NCBI GenBank assembly: GCA_964614605.1
Contig: CAZTLU010000001.1
Coordinates: 5,291-65,823 of the forward strand
Length of the DNA: 60,533 bases
Source of the DNA: an uncultured Eubacteriales bacterium
GTDB lineage: Bacteria > Bacillota > Clostridia > Oscillospirales > Acutalibacteraceae
Reading direction: 5' to 3'
Part shown: in pieces, positions 28,860 to 37,855 of the stretch
Numbering within the stretch: the stretch's first letter is position 1
Layout of the letters: the number at the start of each line of letters is the position of its first letter
The notes under the pieces: model-generated
The model's database searches: none
What the model saw: only the letters and a program-made list of their open reading frames with translations
Told to the model about the DNA's origin: nothing
Position numbers and translations under genes: made by a program

Positions 28860-29420
28860 TTAAAGAGCTTTGATAATTGCGAGCACATCGTTTGATGCAC
28901 TATCAAGGTCGTCATTTATAACGGTGTAATCATAATCGTTGCTCATTTTCACTTCATTTTCTGCAATTTCAAGACGCTTCAAGATATCCTCTTCATTTTC
29001 TGTACCTCTTGAACGCAAGCGGTTTTCAAGCTCTGTCATTGAAGGCGGTAAAACAAAAATACCCACCGCATCGGGATAAATCTTCTTAATCTGTTGTGCG
29101 CCCTGCACCTCAATTTTAAGAATTACTTTTTTGCCCTCTGAAAGCCATTTATCAACTGGAGCCTTAGGAGTTCCATAAAAGTTTTTGCCGTACTTTGCAA
29201 ATTCAAGAACTTCACCATTTTCAATCATACTATTAAATTTATCTTTAGTGATAAAATAATAATCTTTACCGTCAATCTCATTTTCACGAATATCCCTAGT
29301 AGTAAGGGAAATTGAACGCTGAAGTGATTTGTCTTTATTTAAAACAATTTCAAGCACAGTATCCTTACCCACACCTGAAGGACCTGAAAAGAGAACCAAC
29401 ACACCGTTTTTATTCGCCAT
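28860..29420 (-). CDS. gmk: Guanylate kinase
   Basis: Start at MANKNGVLVLFSGPSGVGKDT (P-loop). The ORF-track N-terminal extension overlaps remA and was rejected. Confidence 0.93.
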   Translation of the reverse strand: MANKNGVLVLFSGPSGVGKDTVLEIVLNKDKSLQRSISLTTRDIRENEIDGKDYYFITKDKFNSMIENGEVLEFAKYGKNFYGTPKAPVDKWLSEGKKVILKIEVQGAQQIKKIYPDAVGIFVLPPSMTELENRLRSRGTENEEDILKRLEIAENEVKMSNDYDYTVINDDLDSASNDVLAIIKAL

Positions 29421-29676
29421 AACCAGACTCCTCCATATTTTCCATAGCCTCTGTACGACTAATAATCGTTTCTGCCTTAAGATAGCTTGAAACAACATGG
29501 TCACTATCCATTATTAGTACTGCGTGAGTTTTTCTGCCCTGTGTAGCATCAATAAGCATATGATTTTCTTTAGCCTGAGCAATAATTCTTTTTACGGGTG
29601 CCGAATCGGTTGAAACAACTGCAATAACTCTGTCCGCATTAACAGCGTTGCCAAACCCCACATTGATAAGCTTCAT
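29410..29676 (-). CDS. remA: RemA/DUF370 family regulator
   Basis: MKLINVGFGN.V...RVIAVVS.DSAPVKR...A; 88 aa. Confidence 0.9.
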   Translation of the reverse strand: MKLINVGFGNAVNADRVIAVVSTDSAPVKRIIAQAKENHMLIDATQGRKTHAVLIMDSDHVVSSYLKAETIISRTEAMENMEESGYGE

Positions 29677-29688
29677 AAAACAACCTCA

Positions 29689-30573
29689 TTATTCAATATT
29701 TTGAATCTGCTCTCTGATTTTTTCAATTTCTGCCTTGATGTCAATTACACAACGGGCAATTGTAACATCCTGTGCTTTTGAACCAATTGTATTTGCTTCT
29801 CGATTCATTTCCTGCACAAGAAAATCAATTTTTCTTCCAACAGCTTCTGTACTGTTAAGGAACTGACCCAATTGGTCAATATGACTGCGAAGACGAACAG
29901 TTTCTTCTGCAACGGCTACCTTATCGGCAAAAATTGCACATTCTGTGAGTAATCTCTGCTCATCAACCTGAACATCAGAAAGAAATTCGTTAATTCTTGA
30001 TAAAAGCTTTTCGTTATATTCCTTAACGGTTTCAGGAGAACGTTCTTCAATAACCGAAACCTTGTTGAGAATAAACTCTGCGCGGGATAAAACATCATTT
30101 TTAAGCTTTTCGCCTTCTGTTTCGCGCATTGAAATAAACTTTGCCACTGCTTCTGCTGCAACTGTTTTTACTGCTTCCCATATTTTTTCTTCGTCAGCCT
30201 CTTGCTTATGAACAGTAAAAATATCACTGTTACGAACAAGAGAAGAAATTGCAAGCTCGTCACGAATATCAAGCTCATTACGCTGGGCAAGCTCACGATA
30301 TGCTTTGAGATAAGATGCCGCCAAGCCATGATTTACAAGGATTTCAACTTCGCTATCCTCAAGATTTTCAACAGATACATAGCATTCAACCTTACCGCGA
30401 GAAACCAAAGACCCCACAAAACTCTTGAGCTTCTCTTCAAGGAAGCCATAATTACGCGGAACTCTTGAATTGAATTCAAAGTATCTGTGATTAACGCTTT
30501 TAAGCTCAACCGTAACATTTATGGTGCCGACAGTAGCCTGTGCTCTGCCATAACCGGTCATACTTCTAATCAT
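29689..30573 (-). CDS. yicC: YicC/YloC family endoribonuclease
   Basis: MIRSMTGYGRA N-terminus, C-terminal EMNREANTIGSKA and EQIQNIE. Confidence 0.92.
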   Translation of the reverse strand: MIRSMTGYGRAQATVGTINVTVELKSVNHRYFEFNSRVPRNYGFLEEKLKSFVGSLVSRGKVECYVSVENLEDSEVEILVNHGLAASYLKAYRELAQRNELDIRDELAISSLVRNSDIFTVHKQEADEEKIWEAVKTVAAEAVAKFISMRETEGEKLKNDVLSRAEFILNKVSVIEERSPETVKEYNEKLLSRINEFLSDVQVDEQRLLTECAIFADKVAVAEETVRLRSHIDQLGQFLNSTEAVGRKIDFLVQEMNREANTIGSKAQDVTIARCVIDIKAEIEKIREQIQNIE

Positions 30574-30589
30574 TTATTTCACTCCAGAC

Positions 30590-30961
30590 TCATTTACAGC
30601 AGCTACCCTTTAAAAGAGTAGGAATATCTCCGCTATAAACGCCTTTTTCATTTTCAAATCCTAAATATAATAAAACATCTTTAATTTCTGTAATACTGCA
30701 ATGTGCCATATATGCGCTTCTGTTCGCACAAAAATTTAGTGCCGCACGCAAGAAGCCTTCAACTAAAAGCTTGTCCGAAAAATCACAGTCGATTGACACA
30801 ATTTCACAATTATAACCGTTGATTTTCATTAAGCATTTACCAACATTGTGCCCGTCTTCAGCAATGCCCACATAAGCACCGTAATCAAAACCTTGTACAA
30901 AAGAAATATCAAATAAATCTGCAATATTACTTAAATTTGTTTCGGGTTTATAAAATATCAT
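30590..30961 (-). CDS. Hypothetical 123-aa protein
   Basis: ORF whose ATG shares one nucleotide with the rluB TAA stop. No family recognised; ends GSCCK. Confidence 0.5.
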   Translation of the reverse strand: MIFYKPETNLSNIADLFDISFVQGFDYGAYVGIAEDGHNVGKCLMKINGYNCEIVSIDCDFSDKLLVEGFLRAALNFCANRSAYMAHCSITEIKDVLLYLGFENEKGVYSGDIPTLLKGSCCK

Positions 30962-31707
30962 TATTTCAAATTCTTTCTCTCTATTGATGCAGCAACCATA
31001 AGCTTATGCACTTCTTCGTCAGTAAGCTTTCGCCAATCGCCCTGCTTGAGCATACCCATTTTAACAGAGCCGATTTGAGTTCTCTTAAGTCTTGCAACCT
31101 CAAGCCCCAATGCCTCGCACATTTTTCTGATTTGTCGGTTGCGACCCTCATAGATTATGATTTCAAGAACCACTCTACCCTCTTTTTTTTCTATCACACG
31201 AACTTCAGACGGCAGGGTCATTCTTCCGTCAATCTCAACACCCGTTGTGAGCGCAGTAATCTGCTCGTCATTGATTGAGGGACGAACTGTTACTCTGTAA
31301 GTTTTAGGCACATGATGTGCGGGATGTGTAAGGGCATTTGCAAATTCGCCATCGTCTGTAAGCAAAAGCATTCCTTCAGAATCACGGTCAAGTCTGCCAA
31401 CAGGGTAAACTCTTGTTCCGACATCTTCAACAAGCTGTGCTACACACTTTCTGCCCATTTCGTCATTAAGTGTGGTAATAAAGCCGCGTGGCTTGTGAAG
31501 CATAATATATGTGTTATTCTTGCTTCTTTTTATTTTTTTGCCCGCTACAACAATTGTGTCGCGCTTCGGGTCAATCTTATCACCAATTGATGCGGGTTTA
31601 CCGTTAACCTTAACCTTACCCGCAGAAATCAAGTCTTCAGCCTTTCTGCGTGATGCTACGCCACATTCAGAAAGATATTTTTGAAGTCTGATTCGATTAT
31701 CTGCCAT
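30961..31707 (-). CDS. rluB: S4-domain pseudouridine synthase (RsuA/RluB family)
   Basis: RLQKYLSECGVASRRKAEDLI (S4), GRLDRDSEGMLLLTDDG catalytic Asp block. Confidence 0.9.
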   Translation of the reverse strand: MADNRIRLQKYLSECGVASRRKAEDLISAGKVKVNGKPASIGDKIDPKRDTIVVAGKKIKRSKNNTYIMLHKPRGFITTLNDEMGRKCVAQLVEDVGTRVYPVGRLDRDSEGMLLLTDDGEFANALTHPAHHVPKTYRVTVRPSINDEQITALTTGVEIDGRMTLPSEVRVIEKKEGRVVLEIIIYEGRNRQIRKMCEALGLEVARLKRTQIGSVKMGMLKQGDWRKLTDEEVHKLMVAASIERKNLK

Positions 31708-31729
31708 AATTTCACCTATAATTTATCTT

Positions 31730-32815
31730 TTAATCTTCCGCACAAAAAACAGATTCACTAGCCATTAAATCTGTTTCTGCAAGCTTAACATGATTTGCAT
31801 AGTAAACAATTTTACCTACTATTTCACCTGCTTCAACAGGAGCGTATTCAAATTGCTTAATAAAAATTTCTGCAGAATACTGTAAATTGCTATTTTCAGT
31901 TGTAATTGTGGGTATTTCAGAGGATTTTACAGTGATTTCCGTTTTACTTCCACCCACAATTTTGAGCTTAATATTCTGTGTTTCTGCGTCGAGTTTTACT
32001 GAACTTACCTTTTCAAAAGCATAGTCATACATTTTGATATGGTCGTTCCAATCGTCAGGTGCGTTCAATGTTACAGCAACAAGAGTTTTGCCCTCTTTTT
32101 CCACGGCAGAAACTAAGCACCTGCCACTTTTTTTGGTAAATCCCGTCTTTATGCCAAATGCACCCTCATACATTGAAAGTAATTTATTGTGATTTGTCAA
32201 AACTCGCCTGTAAGGTGGCAAGCCATAATACACAACCATACTTTCAGCAGAACAAATACTACGAAATTCCGGATTATTTATTGCATATGCACCCAAAATT
32301 GCCATATCAAATGCAGTTGAATAATGATTTTCACCGTCAAGACCCGATGGTGTTTCAAAAGAAGTGGAATACATACCGATTTCTTGTGCCTTTTCGTTCA
32401 TCATTTCGACGAACGAAGGTATATCACCACCCACAATATTTGCTACAGCGTTTGCAGCATCATTGCCCGACTCAAGAAGCATACCCTTTACCAAGGTTTT
32501 TAGCGAAACACTATCGCCATCTTTCAACCCCATTGATGTTCCTTCAACAGAAATCATATCTTTGGTTACGGTTATATATTCATCATCGACACCATATTCA
32601 AGAGCTAAAATTGCCGTCATAATTTTTGTTGTGCTCGCCATTGAAAGACATTCATTCATATTTTTAGAATAAATGACTTCGCCGGTTTCTGCACATATTA
32701 CAACAGCAGACTTTGCGGAAATATCAAACTGACTTTCCGCAAAGGATTGAAAAAAACAAATATTAAATAGCAGTATGAGAACAGAAAAAACAGAAAATAT
32801 TTTTTTCAATATCAA
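31730..32815 (-). CDS. D-alanyl-D-alanine carboxypeptidase (S11, PBP5/DacB-like)
   Basis: Signal peptide, SMASTTKIMT (SxxK), ESGND (SxN), KTGFT (KTG). Confidence 0.92.
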   Translation of the reverse strand: MILKKIFSVFSVLILLFNICFFQSFAESQFDISAKSAVVICAETGEVIYSKNMNECLSMASTTKIMTAILALEYGVDDEYITVTKDMISVEGTSMGLKDGDSVSLKTLVKGMLLESGNDAANAVANIVGGDIPSFVEMMNEKAQEIGMYSTSFETPSGLDGENHYSTAFDMAILGAYAINNPEFRSICSAESMVVYYGLPPYRRVLTNHNKLLSMYEGAFGIKTGFTKKSGRCLVSAVEKEGKTLVAVTLNAPDDWNDHIKMYDYAFEKVSSVKLDAETQNIKLKIVGGSKTEITVKSSEIPTITTENSNLQYSAEIFIKQFEYAPVEAGEIVGKIVYYANHVKLAETDLMASESVFCAED

Positions 32816-32861
32816 TCACCAAAATATAATATGCATTTGGCTAATTGATAAGAATTACAAA

Positions 32862-33299
32862 TTAAGCTTCTGATGCTTCTTCTGTAGCTACGCTTTCGAC
32901 AGCGTTAGCGTATGCTTTATCCATTTTTGCCTTGTTAACTACATTTGAAACCTTATCAAACATTTCGGGGACAAGACCAACAATACGTTCTGCAGCATTA
33001 TCAAAAGCAGTGATATGCTTAATATCAACATTACCGTAAGCATCAATTATAAGGAAAGCAACGGGAAGAATTGTAACGCCTGCTCCACCGCCACCGCCGA
33101 AAATATCTTGATTAGACTTTGAGGGGAAATCTGAACCGCCAGATGCAAAGCCATAAGTAACCTTAGAAACGGGAATAATGGTAACTCCGCCTTCAACCTT
33201 CATCGGCTCACCGATAATTGTGCTGACATTAACAAGGTCCTTAACCTTTTCAATTGTAGTTTCGAGAATTCCTGCTGCTGATGATTTTTCTTTCATCAT
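32862..33299 (-). CDS. ytfJ: GerW/YtfJ family sporulation protein
   Basis: IGEP....G..IIPVSKV..GF..GG and G-rich GGGGGAG segment; 145 aa. Confidence 0.85.
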   Translation of the reverse strand: MMKEKSSAAGILETTIEKVKDLVNVSTIIGEPMKVEGGVTIIPVSKVTYGFASGGSDFPSKSNQDIFGGGGGAGVTILPVAFLIIDAYGNVDIKHITAFDNAAERIVGLVPEMFDKVSNVVNKAKMDKAYANAVESVATEEASEA

Positions 33300-33997
33300 A
33301 AAGCACCACCTTCATTTATATTTTCATTATTTTTTGATTTATTTTTAATTCCCATAAGGAATTTGAGTACTACTTTAACTAAAAGTCTGAACACAAGTAC
33401 AACTATTGCATTAGTAAAGAAAATGGGTCGTAAAGAAATGCTGAATGCAAACTGTGCGGTGTTCTTGACTCCCAAAAAGTCAGGTTCAACCTCAACATCG
33501 TACTTTTTAACCTTCATATTTGAACAGATAAAAGACAATGCAGGAAAAATCTTCTGACAGGTTCTGCCATATTCCAATGCAGTTTCTGCAGCGTCACAAC
33601 CGCCTGTAACCGTCATCCACAAATAAAGTTCGCGGATAATAATGTGTCTTTTGAATGATGAAAACATCTTCCCGACAGAAGCCGCGGCATTGTTAATTAA
33701 TTGAATTACACCGTCAAAGCCCTGATTATGATAAAATCTTACAAATATATTATCTTCCTTTTCAGCAGGTGTTTCTTCTGTATCTGCCGTTTCCTCTGTT
33801 TTTTCTTTTTGGGGTTTCGGCTTTTTCTCTTTTTTAGGCTTGTCCTTCTTTTTAGCAGGTAAAACTTGTATTTTTAAAAATAGCCAAGAAATATTGAGCT
33901 TAAACTCGTCAAAAAACTCACCGTTAATTGTAATGCGAATACTAAATAACAATACAAAGAAAGCAATTATACCCAAAATTATATATAGCGCAGTCAA
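33296..33997 (-). CDS. DUF2953/YtfI-like sporulation membrane protein
   Basis: N-terminal TM helix, K/E-rich linker, overlapping and upstream of ytfJ as in the B. subtilis ytfI-ytfJ pair. Confidence 0.6.
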   Translation of the reverse strand: MTALYIILGIIAFFVLLFSIRITINGEFFDEFKLNISWLFLKIQVLPAKKKDKPKKEKKPKPQKEKTEETADTEETPAEKEDNIFVRFYHNQGFDGVIQLINNAAASVGKMFSSFKRHIIIRELYLWMTVTGGCDAAETALEYGRTCQKIFPALSFICSNMKVKKYDVEVEPDFLGVKNTAQFAFSISLRPIFFTNAIVVLVFRLLVKVVLKFLMGIKNKSKNNENINEGGAL

Positions 33998-34030
33998 AAG
34001 AACACCTCCTTTTAAAATAATATGTATAAG

Positions 34031-34597
34031 CTATTCAACAGTTTCTTCTGTTGATTCTTCCTGAACGGGTTCTTCAGTTTTTTCGGGAATAGCCGGTAAC
34101 TCGTCAAGAGAAGAAATAGAGAAGCATCGTAAGAAATCGGGAGTTGTACCGTAAACCAGCGGTCTGCCCGGCAAATCAAGTCTGCCTTTTTCTTCAATAA
34201 GCTTCTTCAGGCAAAGTGTAGAAATTACACCGCTGCAATCAACACCGCGAACCTGCTCAATAAAAGACTTTGTAACAGGCTGATTATATGCCACAACTGC
34301 CAGAACCTCAAATGCAGCCTGTGATAAAGGTGTATTCTTACGAAGTTCAAGCACATCGCGAATAACCTCTGCATATTCAGTTCTTGAAGAAAGCTGATAC
34401 ATATTATCAAGCTTCAAAACACAAATTCCGCTTTTCTGTTCATCAAGCTTCGCAGACAAATTTAATAATATCTGTTCACAGACTTCGGGCTCAATTTCGA
34501 GCGCCTCTGCAATTCTTTCAAGTTCAACCGGCTCACCCGAAGCAAAAAGAATTGCTTCAATTGCAGCCTGTAATTTACTTGCTTTCATTAGTTCCAT
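34031..34597 (-). CDS. scpB: Segregation and condensation protein B
   Basis: AIEAILFASGEPV..., LAVVAYNQPVT..IE..RGV; overlaps scpA. Confidence 0.92.
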   Translation of the reverse strand: MELMKASKLQAAIEAILFASGEPVELERIAEALEIEPEVCEQILLNLSAKLDEQKSGICVLKLDNMYQLSSRTEYAEVIRDVLELRKNTPLSQAAFEVLAVVAYNQPVTKSFIEQVRGVDCSGVISTLCLKKLIEEKGRLDLPGRPLVYGTTPDFLRCFSISSLDELPAIPEKTEEPVQEESTEETVE

Positions 34598-35325
34598 TCC
34601 TCACTTATATCTGTAAAATCCGAATTCAAAAGCTCAACCTGTGCATCTTCGCCATCGCCTACAACCTTTACCTTTTTTGATTTTGCAAGTTCAAGCACCG
34701 CGAGAAAAGTTGCAACAATATCTGAACGGGATTCGGCATCATCAAAAAGAGAATGCCATTGGGTCTTTTGTCCCTTTTTAGTAAGCTTTTTAAAGATTTT
34801 TGAAATCTTTGAGCCAACTGATACAACCTTTTTAACTACAATCTCTCTGAAAGCCTCAATGGGTGGAGGCAATGCTTTAAGCTTTTTACCTGCCGCCGCA
34901 ACATAGGCACTAAACAACTCTGACGGGTCATGAAGTCTTTTATATGTTTGGTCCGGGTCAATTTTTTCTGCTTTTCTTATAAAGGTTGAAAAACCTTCTG
35001 TATTCTCTGCAAGCTTTTCAGCCATCATTTTCATATCTCTGTATTCAATCAACTCACCTTGAAGCTCTTTTTTGAGTTCTTCGGCTTCTGTATAAACCGG
35101 TAACAAAGATACAGATTTAAGATATACCAAGCGCGCCGCCATTTCAAGAAATTCGGATGCAACATACATATCTTCATCCTGCATAAGACGCACATATTCC
35201 ACATACTGCTCGACAAGAGTTACAATGGGAATATCATAAATATTCAATTTATGCTTTGAAATCAGATGCAGAAGCAGGTCCATAGGGCCCTCAAACACAT
35301 CCAATTTATAAGAAATCTTATCCAT
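34588..35325 (-). CDS. scpA: Segregation and condensation protein A (kleisin)
   Basis: L.VFEGPMDLLLHLI.KHK..IYDIPI. Confidence 0.92.
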   Translation of the reverse strand: MDKISYKLDVFEGPMDLLLHLISKHKLNIYDIPIVTLVEQYVEYVRLMQDEDMYVASEFLEMAARLVYLKSVSLLPVYTEAEELKKELQGELIEYRDMKMMAEKLAENTEGFSTFIRKAEKIDPDQTYKRLHDPSELFSAYVAAAGKKLKALPPPIEAFREIVVKKVVSVGSKISKIFKKLTKKGQKTQWHSLFDDAESRSDIVATFLAVLELAKSKKVKVVGDGEDAQVELLNSDFTDISEEWN

Positions 35326-35329
35326 AAAA

Positions 35330-36004
35330 TCAACCTAAAATAAGCTTAAAGGGTAAACTTGCAATCTTTATAAACAAACTTAAAATTCCAGAAGAAATCA
35401 ATGACAACGGTGTTGAAAGAACACCTGTTACAATAAGAATGAACACAACAATAACAATATATCTTTCATATTGAAGAAATTTATAATAGTATTTTGCAGG
35501 AATTAATAATTGAAGAATTCTTGAACCATCAAGTGGAGGAATGGGCAATAAATTAAACACTGCAAGATTAATGTTTACTAAAGCCGCATAGAAAAAGAAG
35601 CTATAAAGAGCATTCGTCATGGTGGTAGGCTCTAAATACACAAAAATCATAGATAAAAATGTAAAAATAAAACCCATAATAAGATTCGAAATCGGGCCCG
35701 CAATTGCCGTTAAAGCCATACCTTTTTTGCTGTCTTTAAAATTTCTCGGATTAACACTTACAGGCTTTGCGTAACCAAATCCGCAAAGAATAATCATAAG
35801 TGCACCCATAGGTGAAATATGAGCCATAGGGTTAAGAGTGAGTCTGCCTGCGAGACGAGGAGTCTGGTCACCGAGCTTTGTGGCAATCAAGGCATGAGCA
35901 TATTCGTGTATGGGCATTGTGCAGAAGATTACAAAAAGTCTTGAAAACAGTTTAATCATCAAAGTGAGAAAATCTGCATCGCCACTAAAAATATCAAAAA
36001 GCAT
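35330..36004 (-). CDS. Site-2 protease family (M50) membrane metalloprotease
   Basis: HEYAHAL, NLLPIPPLDG; polytopic. Confidence 0.88.
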   Translation of the reverse strand: MLFDIFSGDADFLTLMIKLFSRLFVIFCTMPIHEYAHALIATKLGDQTPRLAGRLTLNPMAHISPMGALMIILCGFGYAKPVSVNPRNFKDSKKGMALTAIAGPISNLIMGFIFTFLSMIFVYLEPTTMTNALYSFFFYAALVNINLAVFNLLPIPPLDGSRILQLLIPAKYYYKFLQYERYIVIVVFILIVTGVLSTPLSLISSGILSLFIKIASLPFKLILG

Positions 36005-36035
36005 AGTGCTCCCCTTTCTAATTCCTAAAAGAATA

Positions 36036-36866
36036 TTATATTCTAAATGTCACAATTCTGTCAATATTATTAAAATCAAAAAGAACTTGTTTTTCAACGA
36101 TTTTTTTATTAAAAATCTCAATTATAGCTTCGCTTTGCTGTTCGCCACACTCAAATGCACAAAAACCGTTTTTACGCACTTTACTGACCCAGCTGCTTGC
36201 AATACATCTGTAAAAATCAAGACCATCTGTGCCACCATCAAGAGCAGTTACGGGCTCATTGAGTACTTCACTCTGGAGTTCTTTAATTTCTTCAGTGTTA
36301 ATATACGGCGGATTTGAAAGCAACAAATCACAAACCGGCAGCAAAGAAAAATCGAAATCAAACAAATCACCTTGAAGCAAAATCGCATTTTCAAGCTTTA
36401 ACAGCTCTTTATTTTTCTTAAGATAATTGAATGCTTTTTCCTCTTTTTCAAGCAGATAAACAGTCGCGTCTTTACGATGCGAAGCAATTGTTAAACCTAT
36501 GCACCCTGTACCTGAACAAAGGTCATAAACCACAGGATTAGTAACATCTTTGAGCTTTTCAAGAGCAAAATCAACAAGCATCTCTGTTTCCGGTCGCGGA
36601 ATTAAGACACCCTCGCCTACAATAAAGGTAAGGTCATAGAAGTCCCATTTACCAAGAATATATTGCAGTGGCTCGCCGTTTTCTCTTCTGCATATTACAT
36701 CTTTAACAAGACTTTCTTGTTCGTCTGTTGCCGGTTCTTCTGACAATAATATTTTTCCCTTTGTTAGACCAAGTAAATCATTAAAAATGCAAAGTGCTTC
36801 AAAATCACCGCATCCACCAAAAGCAAGCTTATCAGAACAATATTTATATAACTGCTTTAAGGTCAT
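36036..36866 (-). CDS. prmC: Release-factor glutamine N5-methyltransferase
   Basis: PLQYILG...F, IPRPETE, DLCSGTGCIG, NPPY. Confidence 0.92.
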   Translation of the reverse strand: MTLKQLYKYCSDKLAFGGCGDFEALCIFNDLLGLTKGKILLSEEPATDEQESLVKDVICRRENGEPLQYILGKWDFYDLTFIVGEGVLIPRPETEMLVDFALEKLKDVTNPVVYDLCSGTGCIGLTIASHRKDATVYLLEKEEKAFNYLKKNKELLKLENAILLQGDLFDFDFSLLPVCDLLLSNPPYINTEEIKELQSEVLNEPVTALDGGTDGLDFYRCIASSWVSKVRKNGFCAFECGEQQSEAIIEIFNKKIVEKQVLFDFNNIDRIVTFRI

Positions 36867-37849
36867 TTTATTTTATCGTCCTCAGGATTATCCGTTATAA
36901 CCGCCTTAATGGCTTCTATTGCAACTTCAATAATATCATCAGTGGGTTCAACTGTTGTAATTCTTTGCATAAGAAGACCCGGATATGAAAGCACTTTTAC
37001 AAATCCGTTGTCATGCTTGCCTGCAAATTTAATAAATTCATAGCCAAGTCCCATTACAATTGGAAGGATTGCAATTTTTACCGCAATCCAAAGCACGCGG
37101 TTAACCTCTGCTAATGTGGGAAAAATCAAGACCAATGCAGATGAAACAAGCACACTGATAATAATCATTACAAACATAAACGCTGTGCCGCATCTTGGGT
37201 GAAAGCGTGACATTTTGCGAACATTCTCAACCGTCAGCTCAAGTCCGTTTTCATAACAGAATATGGTTTTATGCTCTGCACCGTGATACATAAATGTTCT
37301 CTTTATCATATCCATTTTTGAAACCAGATACATATAAAGAATAAAAATAACAATTCGCATGAAGCCCTCAATTAACGGATGAAATTTGCTGATATCGGCA
37401 TTTTTCAAGATGTAATTATCAAACAAATCAACGGTAAGTGTGGGCAAATACATAAAAATCAAAAAGGCAAGTGCAACACCTAACACCATTGAGATAACGC
37501 CGACAACCGTCATCATTTTTTCGCCGAAATGCTCTGAAATCCACTTGTCGAGTTTGGACATATCCTCTTCTTTTTCTTCTTCAGTAAGAGCCTTATCCGC
37601 AGATTTCATCATATATTTGTAGCCTGTAATCATTGATTCAGCAAAGCCTACAACACCCCTGATAATAGGCCAACCTAAAATTTTATATTTATTTTTGATG
37701 GGAACATATTGGTCAATTTCGGTTTCAATCGTGCCATCAGGCATACGAACTGACATTGCATTTCCCTTGGGGCCTCTCATCATTATTCCTTCAATCAGCG
37801 CTTGTCCGCCGATAGATGTCTTATGCTTAACATTATTACTCAAAGCCAT
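36863..37849 (-). CDS. DUF1385 (YqhQ-like) membrane protein
   Basis: IGGQALIEGIMMRGP, YHGAEHK, RCGT; usual position upstream of prmC. Confidence 0.85.
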   Translation of the reverse strand: MALSNNVKHKTSIGGQALIEGIMMRGPKGNAMSVRMPDGTIETEIDQYVPIKNKYKILGWPIIRGVVGFAESMITGYKYMMKSADKALTEEEKEEDMSKLDKWISEHFGEKMMTVVGVISMVLGVALAFLIFMYLPTLTVDLFDNYILKNADISKFHPLIEGFMRIVIFILYMYLVSKMDMIKRTFMYHGAEHKTIFCYENGLELTVENVRKMSRFHPRCGTAFMFVMIIISVLVSSALVLIFPTLAEVNRVLWIAVKIAILPIVMGLGYEFIKFAGKHDNGFVKVLSYPGLLMQRITTVEPTDDIIEVAIEAIKAVITDNPEDDKIK

Positions 37850-37855
37850 TACTCC

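Noticed and set aside
33760-33860. Lys/Glu-rich low-complexity stretch (KKKDKPKKEKKPKPQKEK) that looks like a repeat at the DNA level.
   Set aside because: It lies in-frame within the YtfI-like protein as a charged linker after the TM helix, and is not an independent element.
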